NCBI GenBank assembly: GCA_977862235.1
Contig: OZ374559.1
Span: 2,294,001-2,358,000 of the forward strand
Source: Dudresnaya verticillata
Taxonomy: Eukaryota
DNA: 64,000 bases
Reading direction: 5' to 3'
Below, piece after piece: positions 50,331-61,585 of this stretch; within the stretch, counting starts at the first letter, position 1; each line of letters opens with the position of its first letter. Under the pieces are notes generated by a model, which saw only the letters and a program-made list of their open reading frames with translations, was not told where the DNA came from and did not search any database. The position numbers and the translations under genes were made by a program.

Positions 50331-52276
50331 AATAACAACGCCCAGGCGGGGTTGGCTTGTTCTGTTGTGAGTAGAGGACGGCCCGGGCCGGGACTGATGA
50401 CGCGACTGTTGAGCGAGATCTGTTGCAATAGTACGAACCAAGGCGCTCCGGTCCAGTAGGGGACGACTAAGATGCCGTGCCCTCCTTCCTCTCTGATCTT
50501 GAGGAGCGTGGACGGAATCCACGGCGGAGGAGGGTTCCATAAACGACTCTTCCCGTCTCCCCAGTGCTCGGCGAACTGGGCCATCATAACCTTGCGGCGT
50601 GCGGATGGTGCTTCCCCGAGGAGCCAGTAACGCCGCACGGTTTGTAATTGGAGCGAGGTTGCTACGGACTGCAGCAATAATGGCGTCGCTGCGAGGTCTC
50701 GCGGGTTCCAAGTCCGACTCAGGCTGTCCGCGTATTTGTTGAGGGCCGACGGAAGCCACTCCGCGCGAATGGTTACCTTCATCCTGACGAGGAGGTGATG
50801 TAGCCGACGGAGTTCTGCCATTAGTTCTGCCTTCGCTGACACCATGTTGGAGATGATGTGGAAGACTGCCATATTGTCCACGTGTAAGAGCAATATGGAA
50901 TGATCTCCGGTAATTTGAGACTGCATCATCGAATCCTCCAAAGCCATTCGGACAGCAACAAGTTCCCGGAGCGTAATGGACTTCAACCGAAGAAAGGGAG
51001 ACCAAATTCCTTGTACCTCTATGTCTCCCGGGGATCCGGCCTGCATATCTGAACCCAATGTAGCACCGTACCCTACATCGGCTGCATCGGTATGCAGGCA
51101 CCATGAAGGTTTTCCGCCACCAATTAACCGTCCATCTCCAGCCAGCATCGTATACCAGGATTGCAGATCCCGAACCGCGGTGTGGCTCAGCTTCACTGTG
51201 CGTTCCGGATAGCGGCCGCGCCTGGGCGCCACATCCTTCAGAGCATCGTACAAGCTCCGAGTAAAGAAGCGCGCCAGCGGGAGCGGTATGAGCTGGGAGA
51301 CAGCACGGCCACAAAAACTGGCAAGTACAGTTTCGCGGACCCAGCGACGCCTCTGCCTTGCGGTTCGGAGCAAAGCTGAGGACATCTCTTGGAGCTGCTG
51401 AAGCTTCGAGGGAGATACGAAGTATCGAAATGCGACAGTGTCGATAACCAGCCCTAGATGTTCGATTCTCGTCGCGCCGTGACCCCAAATGCCCTTGCTG
51501 GGATGCCGAACTAACCCCAGCATCGTGAACAGCTGGTCCAAATGAACAGAGGTGATGCAGCAATCTTCTGGAGTGCTCGGTCTGCTACCATCTCCAGGGG
51601 CGATTAGGTAGTCGTCGAGCCAGACTAGGACACGAAGGCACAGCTCGCTCCGCATAAACCGAGTCAAAGGGCTTAGAAGTTTTGTAAACCAGAACGGAGA
51701 GGCTGTCCAACCAAATGGCAACGCGGTACATCGATAATACTGTCCATCGTACCTGAAAATAAACCAATTCCACATCTTCCGATGAAGAGCGAAGTGACGA
51801 TACCCAGATGACTAGTCGAATGATAAAAGGTAATCGCTAGGGCAAAGGCAGGCCCCAAAGCTGGACAGTGTATCCATACGTACGGATTTTTTGTCCCAAT
51901 GGGTGCTTTGCTCTTTTAGGTTGATGATGAAGCGGGGTTTGCCTTTCTGCCAAGTGACAAATGCGCTTGAAATGAGAGCTCCATTGCTGAGTTGTTGATG
52001 TGCAAAGGTCGCACTCACCTGCTGGTAAGTGCCGATAGTGCACCCCTCCGACAGCTCCTTCCGGCCAAAAGAGAGATCTTCTGGGCTCTGAGGGATCTCG
52101 GGAAGCTCCCGTCCTAGGGTGAACGGGCGTTGAGGAGGGTCCCACACTCCAAACATAAGAATGCGGATGACAAAGGCGGACGCGCTGATCTGCTCCCAGT
52201 TCTGCGCTCTTTGTCTCGTGCCGGCCCACCGCGCTTGGTGCCAGGAGGCCTGCACTGGGTCCTGTCCGGGTGACAT
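50237..52276 (-). pseudogene. DIRS pol: RT, RNase H and Dam-like methyltransferase domain, with one in-frame TAG at 51812-51814
   Basis: KPRFIINLK, SFD*SSGYRHF, ALPFGWTASPFWF, VWLDDYL, HTDAADVGYG, ITLRELVAV, HVDNMAV, NKYADSLSR, then WNPPPPWI...LVVPYWTGAPWF. The two ORF-track pieces are in the same frame. Confidence 0.9.
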
Positions 52277-52536
52277 TATCCCTTGTGGTCCGGCTTCTTG
52301 CCACCGCTGGTAGCATCCTTAGCCAGACTCTTGGCTGTCTCGATGACATATTTCGCAGACAGTTTCTGATAGACGTCTGCGTAGGCTTCCGAGGGAACCT
52401 GGTGTGGCACAACGGCGATCTGCGCCAAGTGGGCGCTCGACGCTGTAAGTTGTAACGGGCCAATACCCTGTAAGGCGCTGGCATTGCTGGACTGCGCCAT
52501 GATGCGACACGTGATTGGCGCCTGGCGCGAAATCAT
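52276..52536 (-). pseudogene. C-terminal remnant of DIRS gag/ORF1
   Basis: Lies immediately upstream of pol, and its TAA overlaps the pol ATG (TAATG at about 52278-52274). Confidence 0.5.
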
Positions 52537-53589
52537 CTGCGCCTCAGACGCGCAATTGTCGCCTGATCATTGGTGCGGCGTTGGGATATTTCCCGATTAT
52601 ACGCCCCCACAGGGGCGTAGATCCGCCTCCCATTGCTCAATGTAATTCGTGTACAGTACACTGTAGTAGTTAGTATTAGCATGGGCACAAGCCCTATTTA
52701 TTGGTCCCCTGAATAGCAGGGCACCCCTGATTGAACCCCACGGGGAGTTTCTCGGTCTTGACCGTTTTCTGGATTCCGGGCGCTTCCCGTTCCCTTTTTG
52801 GACGCCAACTACAGGCTCGTCACCGTACGGCAGGTTCCCTGCGGAATACAGGGTCGCGTCCCCTTTTCCTTTTCCTTTTTCCTGGCCTAGCGCCATTCTA
52901 CCAAGCCTCTACCACACCCGAGCTACCTGTGAGCACGACGGTTCCGGACAGGTGTCCTTTGTTCTTTTTGCTCTTCCTGGGCTGGACCCGTTGTGCTACG
53001 TTGGTCTCCCGACCTAGAAGTGTTCTGGGTTGGTTTCCCCTTTCTTCCTCAACCCTGGTTGGTTAACTGAACGAGTACAAGACTCAAGACGTTGTTTCCT
53101 GTCAAGGACGAGTTTCCCGGCCAACCGGTGTTGAAACCCTAGTCAGGATTGTTGACGGTTTCTACGCTCCATCTCAAGCCGCTGAGTAGCGTCAAATCAG
53201 TGGCGAGCACGTTTATTCTTGGAATTACAACCGGCCCTAGTGGCCATTTAGAAGTTGCCGTTGAGGGCGTGACTGACGCCCCCCTCAAGACTGCTTCGAC
53301 AAGTTATCGGTGCATCCTGGTAAAACACCGTCCTTTTGTACAGGCCGTGCCAGCGCACAAGTTGGAGAGTCCTCTTGGAGAAATCGCTGGTAGCCCTGAA
53401 GTCTACCAAGGCTTACGTACGAGCACCGTGCTCAAGCTGGAAAGGATTCCCCTTCGACGCACCGTCTCGTGCGACAACACATACGGAACGCCGGTTGGCG
53501 CATCGGGAAAAAGTCCCATCGACCCACCGATCCTTCCGGAATTACTACCTATTTTTGGGACGGGTTATTAGTCCCATACTCTCGGAAAG

Positions 53590-56403
53590 ATGCCGACATC
53601 AAACGGCGATACAACCAGGCCGAGCCTCATCGGCCGTGGTGGCAGTCGTGCTGGAAGTCTTTCCTCCGTCCGTATCTCGGGCGTTACCACCCGTTCAGGG
53701 ACTGCCGCGCTAAGGCGCAGCCCTTCGGACGGGCGATTGGGGCGACGCCATACCGACGGCGACGCCCCCGAGAAAGACGGTCCCGAACCAAGATCAAACC
53801 GCGAACGACCGCCATTGGTTGGAAGTTCGAGGCCCGACCTTGTTCTCGGGATTACTCCCGGTTTAATGCCGAACCCGGGAAGGGATTCGGCCTCGTTTGA
53901 AGGAAAAATGACCCGGTCAGAACCGCAAACATCCACACACGTGGATGGGAATGAGGACCAGGGTCCAGAAGTGATGCCGGAATCAGGGCGACTCCCCAGT
54001 GGACGATCGACCGATTACGCGGCACCGACAGAGGTCGACTCGGCGCCTGGATATGGGCAGCCGACCCGAACGAATACCCATTCGGAGGACGTCCAATGCT
54101 TTACGGAATCGGAGATCCACCGAATGGTCGCTGATCGTGTTGGTCACCTCGTAGCGACCCAAATCAGGCCGCTTGCCGCAGCACAGGCTGATGAAACGCT
54201 CACGCGTGTAAAACGCTACATTGATGAGTCAGCCGGTCGCCGAGATGAGCGGATACTGACCTTGTGTCAAGAGGAAATGACCGGCCGCATCCGCCACTCC
54301 GATACAGGACAGAGAGTGGCGGATGAGATGGAATCACTCGATGCGAGGATAGAATCGCTCGTGGAGCGGGTGGAAACGTTCCACGGAGATTTTGAGTCCC
54401 TCACTCGAGGAGTGGACCTCTCCCGGGAAGAAGCGTCCGAAGCAGTTCGGGCCCTTCGTCTCGATGGGAACGACGCCACGTGCGTAGAACAGGACTGAGC
54501 AATTGCGCTCTTACGGAAGGAACTAGCTGACGAACGGCGTCGGGTCAATATAATCGAGAGTCGTCTCCAGTTATGCCTTCTTGAGAAGAACTTATCGCCT
54601 GAAGTGGAGCGACGCCGGAGCCCGGTGCCAAAAGGCACTCGAGACCGGCGACGTCATTCGCCTAGGCGAGACTCCGATGTGGAATCGGTACACGACCATT
54701 CGGATGCGGAAAACCCGCGCGTGGCGCATTCCGGTTGCAAAACCTGCCGTACTGTTCAAGGGACTGAATCCCGGCGAAACCGGGATGAACCACGCCGGTC
54801 GGCGCAGCGGCGTCAGCCGCAGTTCTCCGAAAAGGATAGTTCCCCACCAAGGAGTTCATCGCGCCCCTCTTGGCGAGGACCTAGACGCTCGGACGTTAAG
54901 GAGCTGGCTCCGCAGAACCCGGCTTTCATTCAGGTTCTCTCTTATCGACGCTATCGTCTGCTGAACCTGGACCAATACAGGGGTCCAGAAGTCACGGAGG
55001 ACACGTCGAAAAAGATCAAGAGGATCAAGTCCGTCATGAAGAGTCGCAGGTTCGACGGAAGTGATCCAGTTGCGATCATTGGCTTCTTAGCCGCTTTGAA
55101 GCGCCAACTGGACCAACCCAGGATAAGCGAAGGAGCAGCAATCCTTGTGCTTCCCGAGTTCCTGGATAAGGATGCGCGAGACATGTTCGAAGCCAACTTC
55201 GACGTGGCCGGGGATGATAATGGAGGGTTCTCCGAGTGGCCCGAGGCCGTCAATTACCTCCTACGCACATATGCGAAGGACGTGTACATCGAGCGGATAG
55301 CATCGGAAATGGACCGTATGGCACAAGCCGAGGATGAGGACGAAGTGACCTTCTCACGGCGCCTCCAGAATAAGGCTCGAAAGGTCGCGGGTGTGTATAC
55401 AGAACAGGACCTGATTACCCGGTTCATCCGTGGACTCTTGCCGGCCACAAAGCCGTTACTGAGTAATTCGGGTTTGGACCCACGGACGGCAAAGCTTGCC
55501 GACTATGTGGAACTGGCTACTGCCCAAGGTGACTCACACCGGGCCCTCATGGGCGCTGGTCGTCGAGAGCGTGTCTCTGGTACTTCAATGTTGCGACGAA
55601 AGTCGTCCATTAAATCCAAGAAGGCCGGACGGGCGCTGCTGGTCAGACAGGGACGTCCCAACACTGAGGTCGCGTCAAGTGACAGTGGTGGCTCTACAAG
55701 GACTAGCTCCGATTCGGAGGACGCTGTGGTGGCGGCCATCGATAGCCAAGCGCCGGATTCGTCCGTAACAACATCGGGAGTCTGGTCCACAGCCCCGTCG
55801 GACGCTACGGACAGCTATTATGACTCCGTCAGTGCAGTACTATCCAACCAGAATCCGAGGCTTCCCTCGTGGGCCCAACCATCTCGCACACAGCGTCCCG
55901 GCTGGCTAGTGGTGGAGGATAGGCCATCTCGCACACAGCGTCCCGGCTGGCTAGTGGTGGAGGATAGGCCAAATGACATCTGCTTCGAATGTCTGGGCAT
56001 CGGGCATAAAAAGCCCAATTGCCCATATCTGGCACGAACAGACGAGCGTGGCTTCTCACAGATACTACGTAACCACTACACCCAACTATCCAGGGAGCAA
56101 CGGGAATGGCTGTCCATCGTGGGCCGTTCGCCATCATTCGCGAATGAGATGCGTCCTTCGGATCTAGGTCCTCAAAATTCACGCCGACATTTCAACGAGG
56201 GCACGGCCAGCCCGCACCCGGAGCACAGGGGGGCACCCCGACCGACAAGTCCCCAGGTGCAGTTCGCCGACGCACTCAACCATCCTGTGGATAGGCCGCG
56301 GAGTAACCCCCGCTCTCCTCGCCCAAGTGGCAGACCGTTCCCACCTCCTCCGCCTTTACCGGCATCCCCATCAGCAAGAAACGGCCGTGTGCCGAAAAAC
56401 TAG
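53590..56403 (+). pseudogene. Gypsy gag (long, with coiled-coil N-terminal extension and CCHC knuckle); one nonsense TGA at 54496-54498
   Basis: ORFs 53590-54498 and 54604-56403 are in the same frame and read through as EQD*AIALLRKELADERRR. Motifs FDGSDPVAIIGFL, WPEAVNYLLRTY and CFECLGIGHKKPNC are present. Confidence 0.88.
55879..55971 (+). repeat. In-frame perfect 45-bp tandem duplication in gag (PSRTQRPGWLVVEDR x2)
   Basis: ccatctcgcacacagcgtcccggctggctagtggtggaggatagg occurs at 55879 and 55924. Confidence 0.95.
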
Positions 56404-56462
56404 ACTGGGGGACCTTGGACCCCGTCGAACCGCAGCTCTTGCTACGCGGCCCGGGGTCCCCC
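56394..56462 (+). promoter_or_regulatory. Putative -1 ribosomal frameshift signal at the gag/pol junction
   Basis: G AAA AAC immediately precedes the gag TAG. Pol is in the -1 frame and open through the site. A downstream GC stem can form (gggggacc/ggtccccc or ggaccccg/cggggtcc). Confidence 0.7.
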
Positions 56463-59400
56463 GACCGATCGAGCGAGGACGGCCACCCGTCCCCGTTATC
56501 CCCGGATCGGCCGGAACCAGCATCCGACACAAACCTCCTCCCAAGGAAGATCTTACCTCGCCCTCTAGGGCTTCCTCGAGGACGCACTTTTGATGAGTAT
56601 TGTAAGGATCCCATATGCGCGCTGTCGCGATATAACTATAAAGTGGCAGCGTCCATTGGGACCTCTCTTGACGAACTCTCTCGCGTCCTTTCGGTCCTGG
56701 ATACAGGGGCAGGCCCCAACCTCATACGAGCTGGTGCTCTTTCCTCGGAGGATCAAAAGAAGATCGCTTCTGGCCGGTCCATCGTGAATCTAACTTCCGC
56801 CTCACGGCACAAACTAACTACCTTAGGGACTATCTCCCTATACGTTCGAATCGGAACCTACACGGTCCGACAACCTTTCATCGTCGTCCAAGCACTCGCC
56901 GTGGATGTGATCCTGGGTTGTACCTTCATCGACCACCATGTCGATAACTTAAGAATCAAGCGTCAACGCGCCGTCTTGCGTGATGGGTCCATACACCCGA
57001 TATTACGCCGACGATGCGGACTTCCACGCACCTCGCGCCCCGCGGAATCACAAGAGGTCCCCACTGGTCCTCCCGAACCGCGACACCTGCGCGTGGCACA
57101 TTCGGTTGTTATACCCGCGGCGTCAGAAGCATGGGTCACGGTCACGTGCCCGGCGCGAGGTGTACACTTCATGGATTCATTCCAGCGGCTCTACGACCGC
57201 CAGGGTCTGGTGGCCACAAATGGCATCATCGACGTGCAACCTAACCGGCCGTTCCGGGTCAAGGTCGCCAATTTCTCTCAAGGCCCGAAGCGACTGGCCA
57301 AACGCCAGAAGATTGGACACGCCATTCCCGCTCCTTCCACAACCCCAGTGTACGCTCTGTCCTTCGAGGACGCCCCATCTGCTCCTCACGAACCCGACGA
57401 GCCGTCGCTCGATGTGGGGGGGGGCAGGGCTTGCTGCTGCCTTCTCTCCGGATACGGCTCCAAAACCAGGCATTAAGGCCTCGGTCGCCAACATGACGGT
57501 CGAAGACCTAAACCTTTCACATCTGGAACCAAAGGATCAGCGTCGAGTACGCAAGATGCTCCGGCCATTCTCGGAAATGTGGAGTGGTAAACTCGGGACT
57601 ATCAAAGTCACGGAGCACCGTATCGAGCTCAAACCAGGGACGAAGCCCGTCTTCTCACAACCCTATAGGGCAGGCCCCAAAGCTCGACAGGCTGAACAAG
57701 CGGAAGTAACCAAGATGTTGGAAGCAGGGGTCATACAACCCGCGCGGTCGGAATTCGCGAGCCCAGTCGTGCTGGTCAATAAGCCTGATGGCTCCTTACG
57801 CTTTTGCGTCGACTATCGAAAGCTTAATGCAGTAACGATCAAGGATTCTTATCCTTTGCCCCGTATGGACGAATGTCTGGACTCACTGGGAGATGCCCAG
57901 TTCTTCACAACGCTTGATTGTAATTCTGGCTACTGGCAGATACCGGTCGCCAAGGAAGACCAGACGAAGACGGCGTTCACTTGTCACGCTGGATGCTTCC
58001 AATTTTTCCGCATGCCCTTTGGGCTATGTAATGCATCAGCCACGTTCCAGCGAACGGTCGACATCCTCCTGTCTGGATTCAGATGGAAGTCGTGCTTGGT
58101 ATATCTGGATGATATCATCATCTTCTCCAAAAGCGTCAAAGAGCACCTTGCTCATGTAAAGGAAATCCTGGAGGTGCTCCAGAACGCTGGAGTATCGCTG
58201 AAGTTGAAGAAATGTAACTTCTTCGCGAAGAGCGTCGATTATCTGGGACACGTGGTCCGCCCTGGCCTCCTGGAGGTTGCCTCGAAGAACACACAAGCCA
58301 TCGACGGGTTCAGGGAACCAAAGACGCAAACACAGCTACGCTCTTTCCTTGGCTTGTGCAACGTTTATAGACGGTTCGTGCCCAACTTTGCGAGAGTCGC
58401 TGCGCCGCTTAACGCATTACTGCAGAAGACAGTGGATTTCAACCTCCCGACGTTCAACGAGGAACATGGAGATTCCTTCTCGCTTCTGAAGAAAGCACTC
58501 GTGGCTCCGCCCATACTGCAACTACCGCAAGTGGGACGCCAATTATCAGTCGACACCGACGCGTGCGACTATCAAGTGGGCTGTGCCCTGATGCAGACCG
58601 ACGAGAATGGTGATCGGCACCCTATTGGTTTCTGGAGCCGCTCGCTAACGAAAGCTGAGAAGAACTACTCAGTCGGAGAGAAAGAGTGTCTCGCCGTCGT
58701 ATGGGCAGTACAGATATTGCGACCCTATTTGGAGCGGTCTCACTTCGATCTTTTCACGGATCATCAAGCGTTACCGTAACGCCAGACATACTCATGATCC
58801 AGCGTAACGCTGGATCATGAGTATGTCTGACGCGTTAGGACGCTTGGCGAGATGGAGGCTTCGCCTTTTGGAATATAACTTTACGGTCCAATACCGGACG
58901 GGGCGTAAGAAACAGATTGCCGACGCGGTGTCTCGCCTCCCTACATGGGGTCATACCCACAAGGAGCCTGATCTCGAGATACCTTGCTTCATAGTCGAAG
59001 AGGAAGACGGTCCAGTCCGAATGACTTCAGCGGAGTCAATGGTGGTCACGGATAGACCCACCAAAATAGAGCCCCTAGAGGCGTGGGATATCGAACCCCC
59101 CGAGGATTACAGTCACATGGACGAGATACTCATCGCCACCGTGGCGGAGAAGCGAGCCGACGAGGGCAGCGTCTCACAAGTTACTGTAGAGGAGCTGCTC
59201 CGAGAGCAAAAACGAGACTCGTTCTGCCAAGACGTGCGGAAGCGCCTTGATATGGGAAGCCCCGGGTGCTACTTGGAAGACGAACGAGGACTTCTCGCCC
59301 GCAAGGCGTACGTGGATGGGGCCATACAGGTCCTCATACCCGCGACCCTTCGCGAAAAGGTGCTACATTTGGCCCATTATCCGGCCCTAGCTGGCTACCC

Positions 59401-60808
59401 AGGGGGAACCCGCATGTTTCACAACCTACGCCGGCAAGTGTATTGGCCGGATATGGCCTTGGCCGTCTACTCAACCGTTCGGAATTGCGTCCAGTGCACG
59501 AAAGAGCGAGTCAAGCTCAGGAAGCATACTTCGTTTCTCAAGCTCTTCCCCGCCACGGCTCCTTTGGAGTTTGTCGGAATCGACATTTTAGGTCCATTGA
59601 CCAAGTCAAGCAAGGGAAATGAGTATTTACTCGTGATCACGGATCGCTTCTCAAAGCTAACCCGGACTGTGCCGCTCAAGACGATTACGGCCTATACCGT
59701 CGCTAAAGCCTTCTGCGACCACTGGGTCTATGTATATGGACCTCCGCGGTATGTGCTATCGGACAATGGGTCCCAGTTTGCCTCGAAGTTCTTCATGAAC
59801 ATTTGCAGCATTCTGCGAGTGCGTAATCTATTTACGTCTACTTATCACCCACAAAGTAACGGCCAGACCGAACGCTTTAATCGCACCATTCTAGCCGGGC
59901 TAAGGCACTTCATCGCTGAGAATCAGCGTGACTGGGATGAGTTTTCTAACGCACTCACGTTTGCGTACAATACCACGGTGCACAAAGCCACGGGGCTATC
60001 CCCTTTCGATCTGGTGATCTCGAATCCCCCGAACTCCCTGCTCCTGGAGCGATCCGAGACGGTGGAAGTTGCTAATGTCCCCGCGACTAACGTCAAGAAA
60101 CGCTTATCAGAGCGATTGGAGCGATTGATGAACACCGCTCTATCTCTTCTAAGGCTCGCGCAGAAGCGCTATCAAGCGGACTTCAACCGACGGGTCCGCC
60201 CTGCGAATCGGAATATTCGCGTTGGCAGCTGGGTGTTCCTAGGGCGCGAGACGCGGGTGAAAGACGTGGATGGCGTGGATCGCGAAGGCAAGCTGTTTCC
60301 TAAGGCACTAGGCCCATATAAGGTGGTGGACCGTGGCACCCACGTTGTGGTCCTTGAGGTCAAGGGCGAACGGGAATCAGTCTCCCTAGGCAGGGTAACG
60401 CTAGCGCTTCCCCCTGACGAGTCGCTGGATGCTCGGGGTGAAGCCCCTACTATCATGGAGGCGAACCCGGCTACTGGGCCAGGCCCCATCGAAGAGGGAA
60501 CCGTGCCCTTGACCGCACTACAGCCGGAACAGGCGAGGCCCACTAACGCCACTCCTCCCGCCGTTGAGAGCGAATGCCCTGCACAAGAGCCTGAGGCTTC
60601 GCCAACGGAGCGCCGCTTCTCGCGCTATCAGCGCCCTATTCCGCGGGAGCACGTCTATGATCTGATCATGTCCTATGACCCCGACTCGGCACGGTATAAG
60701 ATTCGCTGGCACCAGCGTTCGGCCTCTGACGACACATGGGAACCCCGGGAGAATCTTCCTCACAACCTCGTGGCGAGGTACCATCGCAAACGGGGCATTC
60801 CCATTTAA
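56400..60808 (+). pseudogene. Gypsy pol (protease, RT, RNase H, integrase, chromodomain) broken by an extra G in the G9 run at 57416-57424 and a 34-nt insertion at 58775-58808
   Basis: LDTGAG; RFCVDYRKLN, MPFGL, YLDD; TDACD, EKECLAVVWA, TDHQAL; H..GYPG..CVQC, IDILG, SDNGSQF, QTERFN, GPYKV; YKIRWHQRSASDDTWEPRENL. Confidence 0.93.
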
Positions 60809-61585
60809 CTCGCGTATGCGACATAGCTCCCCCATTGGGACGGGAGTTGGCAAGCGCCGGAAAATAGGCGGACTATCATATGGTAGAGATATCTCGGCCT
60901 CAACGCCCCCTTTGGCTTCACAGCCTGATACAGTGCGAGGCGACACACAAGGCGGCATCGTCCGATGCCACGGGCAGAGGTGTAAGCCAAAATAGCACAG
61001 TACTGGGAACTGGTGCCGTTGGGCGTACTGTGGCCGGACAGCGAGCGGAGATATATCTCAAGTGGGAAAGGACACTGTCTGGCGACGGTATAATACCAAG
61101 TATTACACGCGCACGTACGCCAAGCATCGTTTTGGAAACCACTGTCTCCTTCCCCACTACAAGGGGGAAGGCCACTAGCTGCCTGCCTTAGAGGCTGGCC
61201 TCGATGCGACGCTAAGGGGCGTTCTCGACCCGTCCGCCGCTACGCATAGCATTCAGGGATAATGGCCCTCTTCCCTCTCTGCCAAATGATGCAAGTATCA
61301 TGCATGATCATGAATGGAGCGGAGGCTCACCTCCTATTCCAGGAAGCTGAAACAGGGCTGAGACCCTTGCCTACGGTACAAGCCAACGAGGCTAACTCGC
61401 GCACGACGCGCACTTTAACTTTAACATTAACCCAACCGATGTTGGCGGCAGCCATTAGCTTGGCGAATTCCCCCGTCAACAGTGACTTTTATTCTTAACT
61501 CATGCACAGACATTAACTTCTACGCGGTAAAACCGCACTAACTTATTGGGCCAGACGCCCTAATGAGCAACAGGAGGATGGGAGT

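Larger units (their letters stand above)
49160..52600 (-). mobile_element. DIRS1-like tyrosine-recombinase retrotransposon (gag remnant, RT-RNase H-MT, YR); 5' part missing or interrupted
   Basis: Domain order RT/RH/methyltransferase-like followed by an overlapping YR frame is diagnostic of DIRS elements. Boundaries are approximate. Confidence 0.9.

Noticed and set aside
53201..53212. tggcgagcac as the Gypsy primer-binding site
   Set aside because: Only a short TGG-initiated match, and the LTR end cannot be fixed without the 3' LTR.
57416..57424. G9 run as a programmed PR/RT frameshift
   Set aside because: More simply a one-base homopolymer slip or sequencing error; removing one G fuses the frames.
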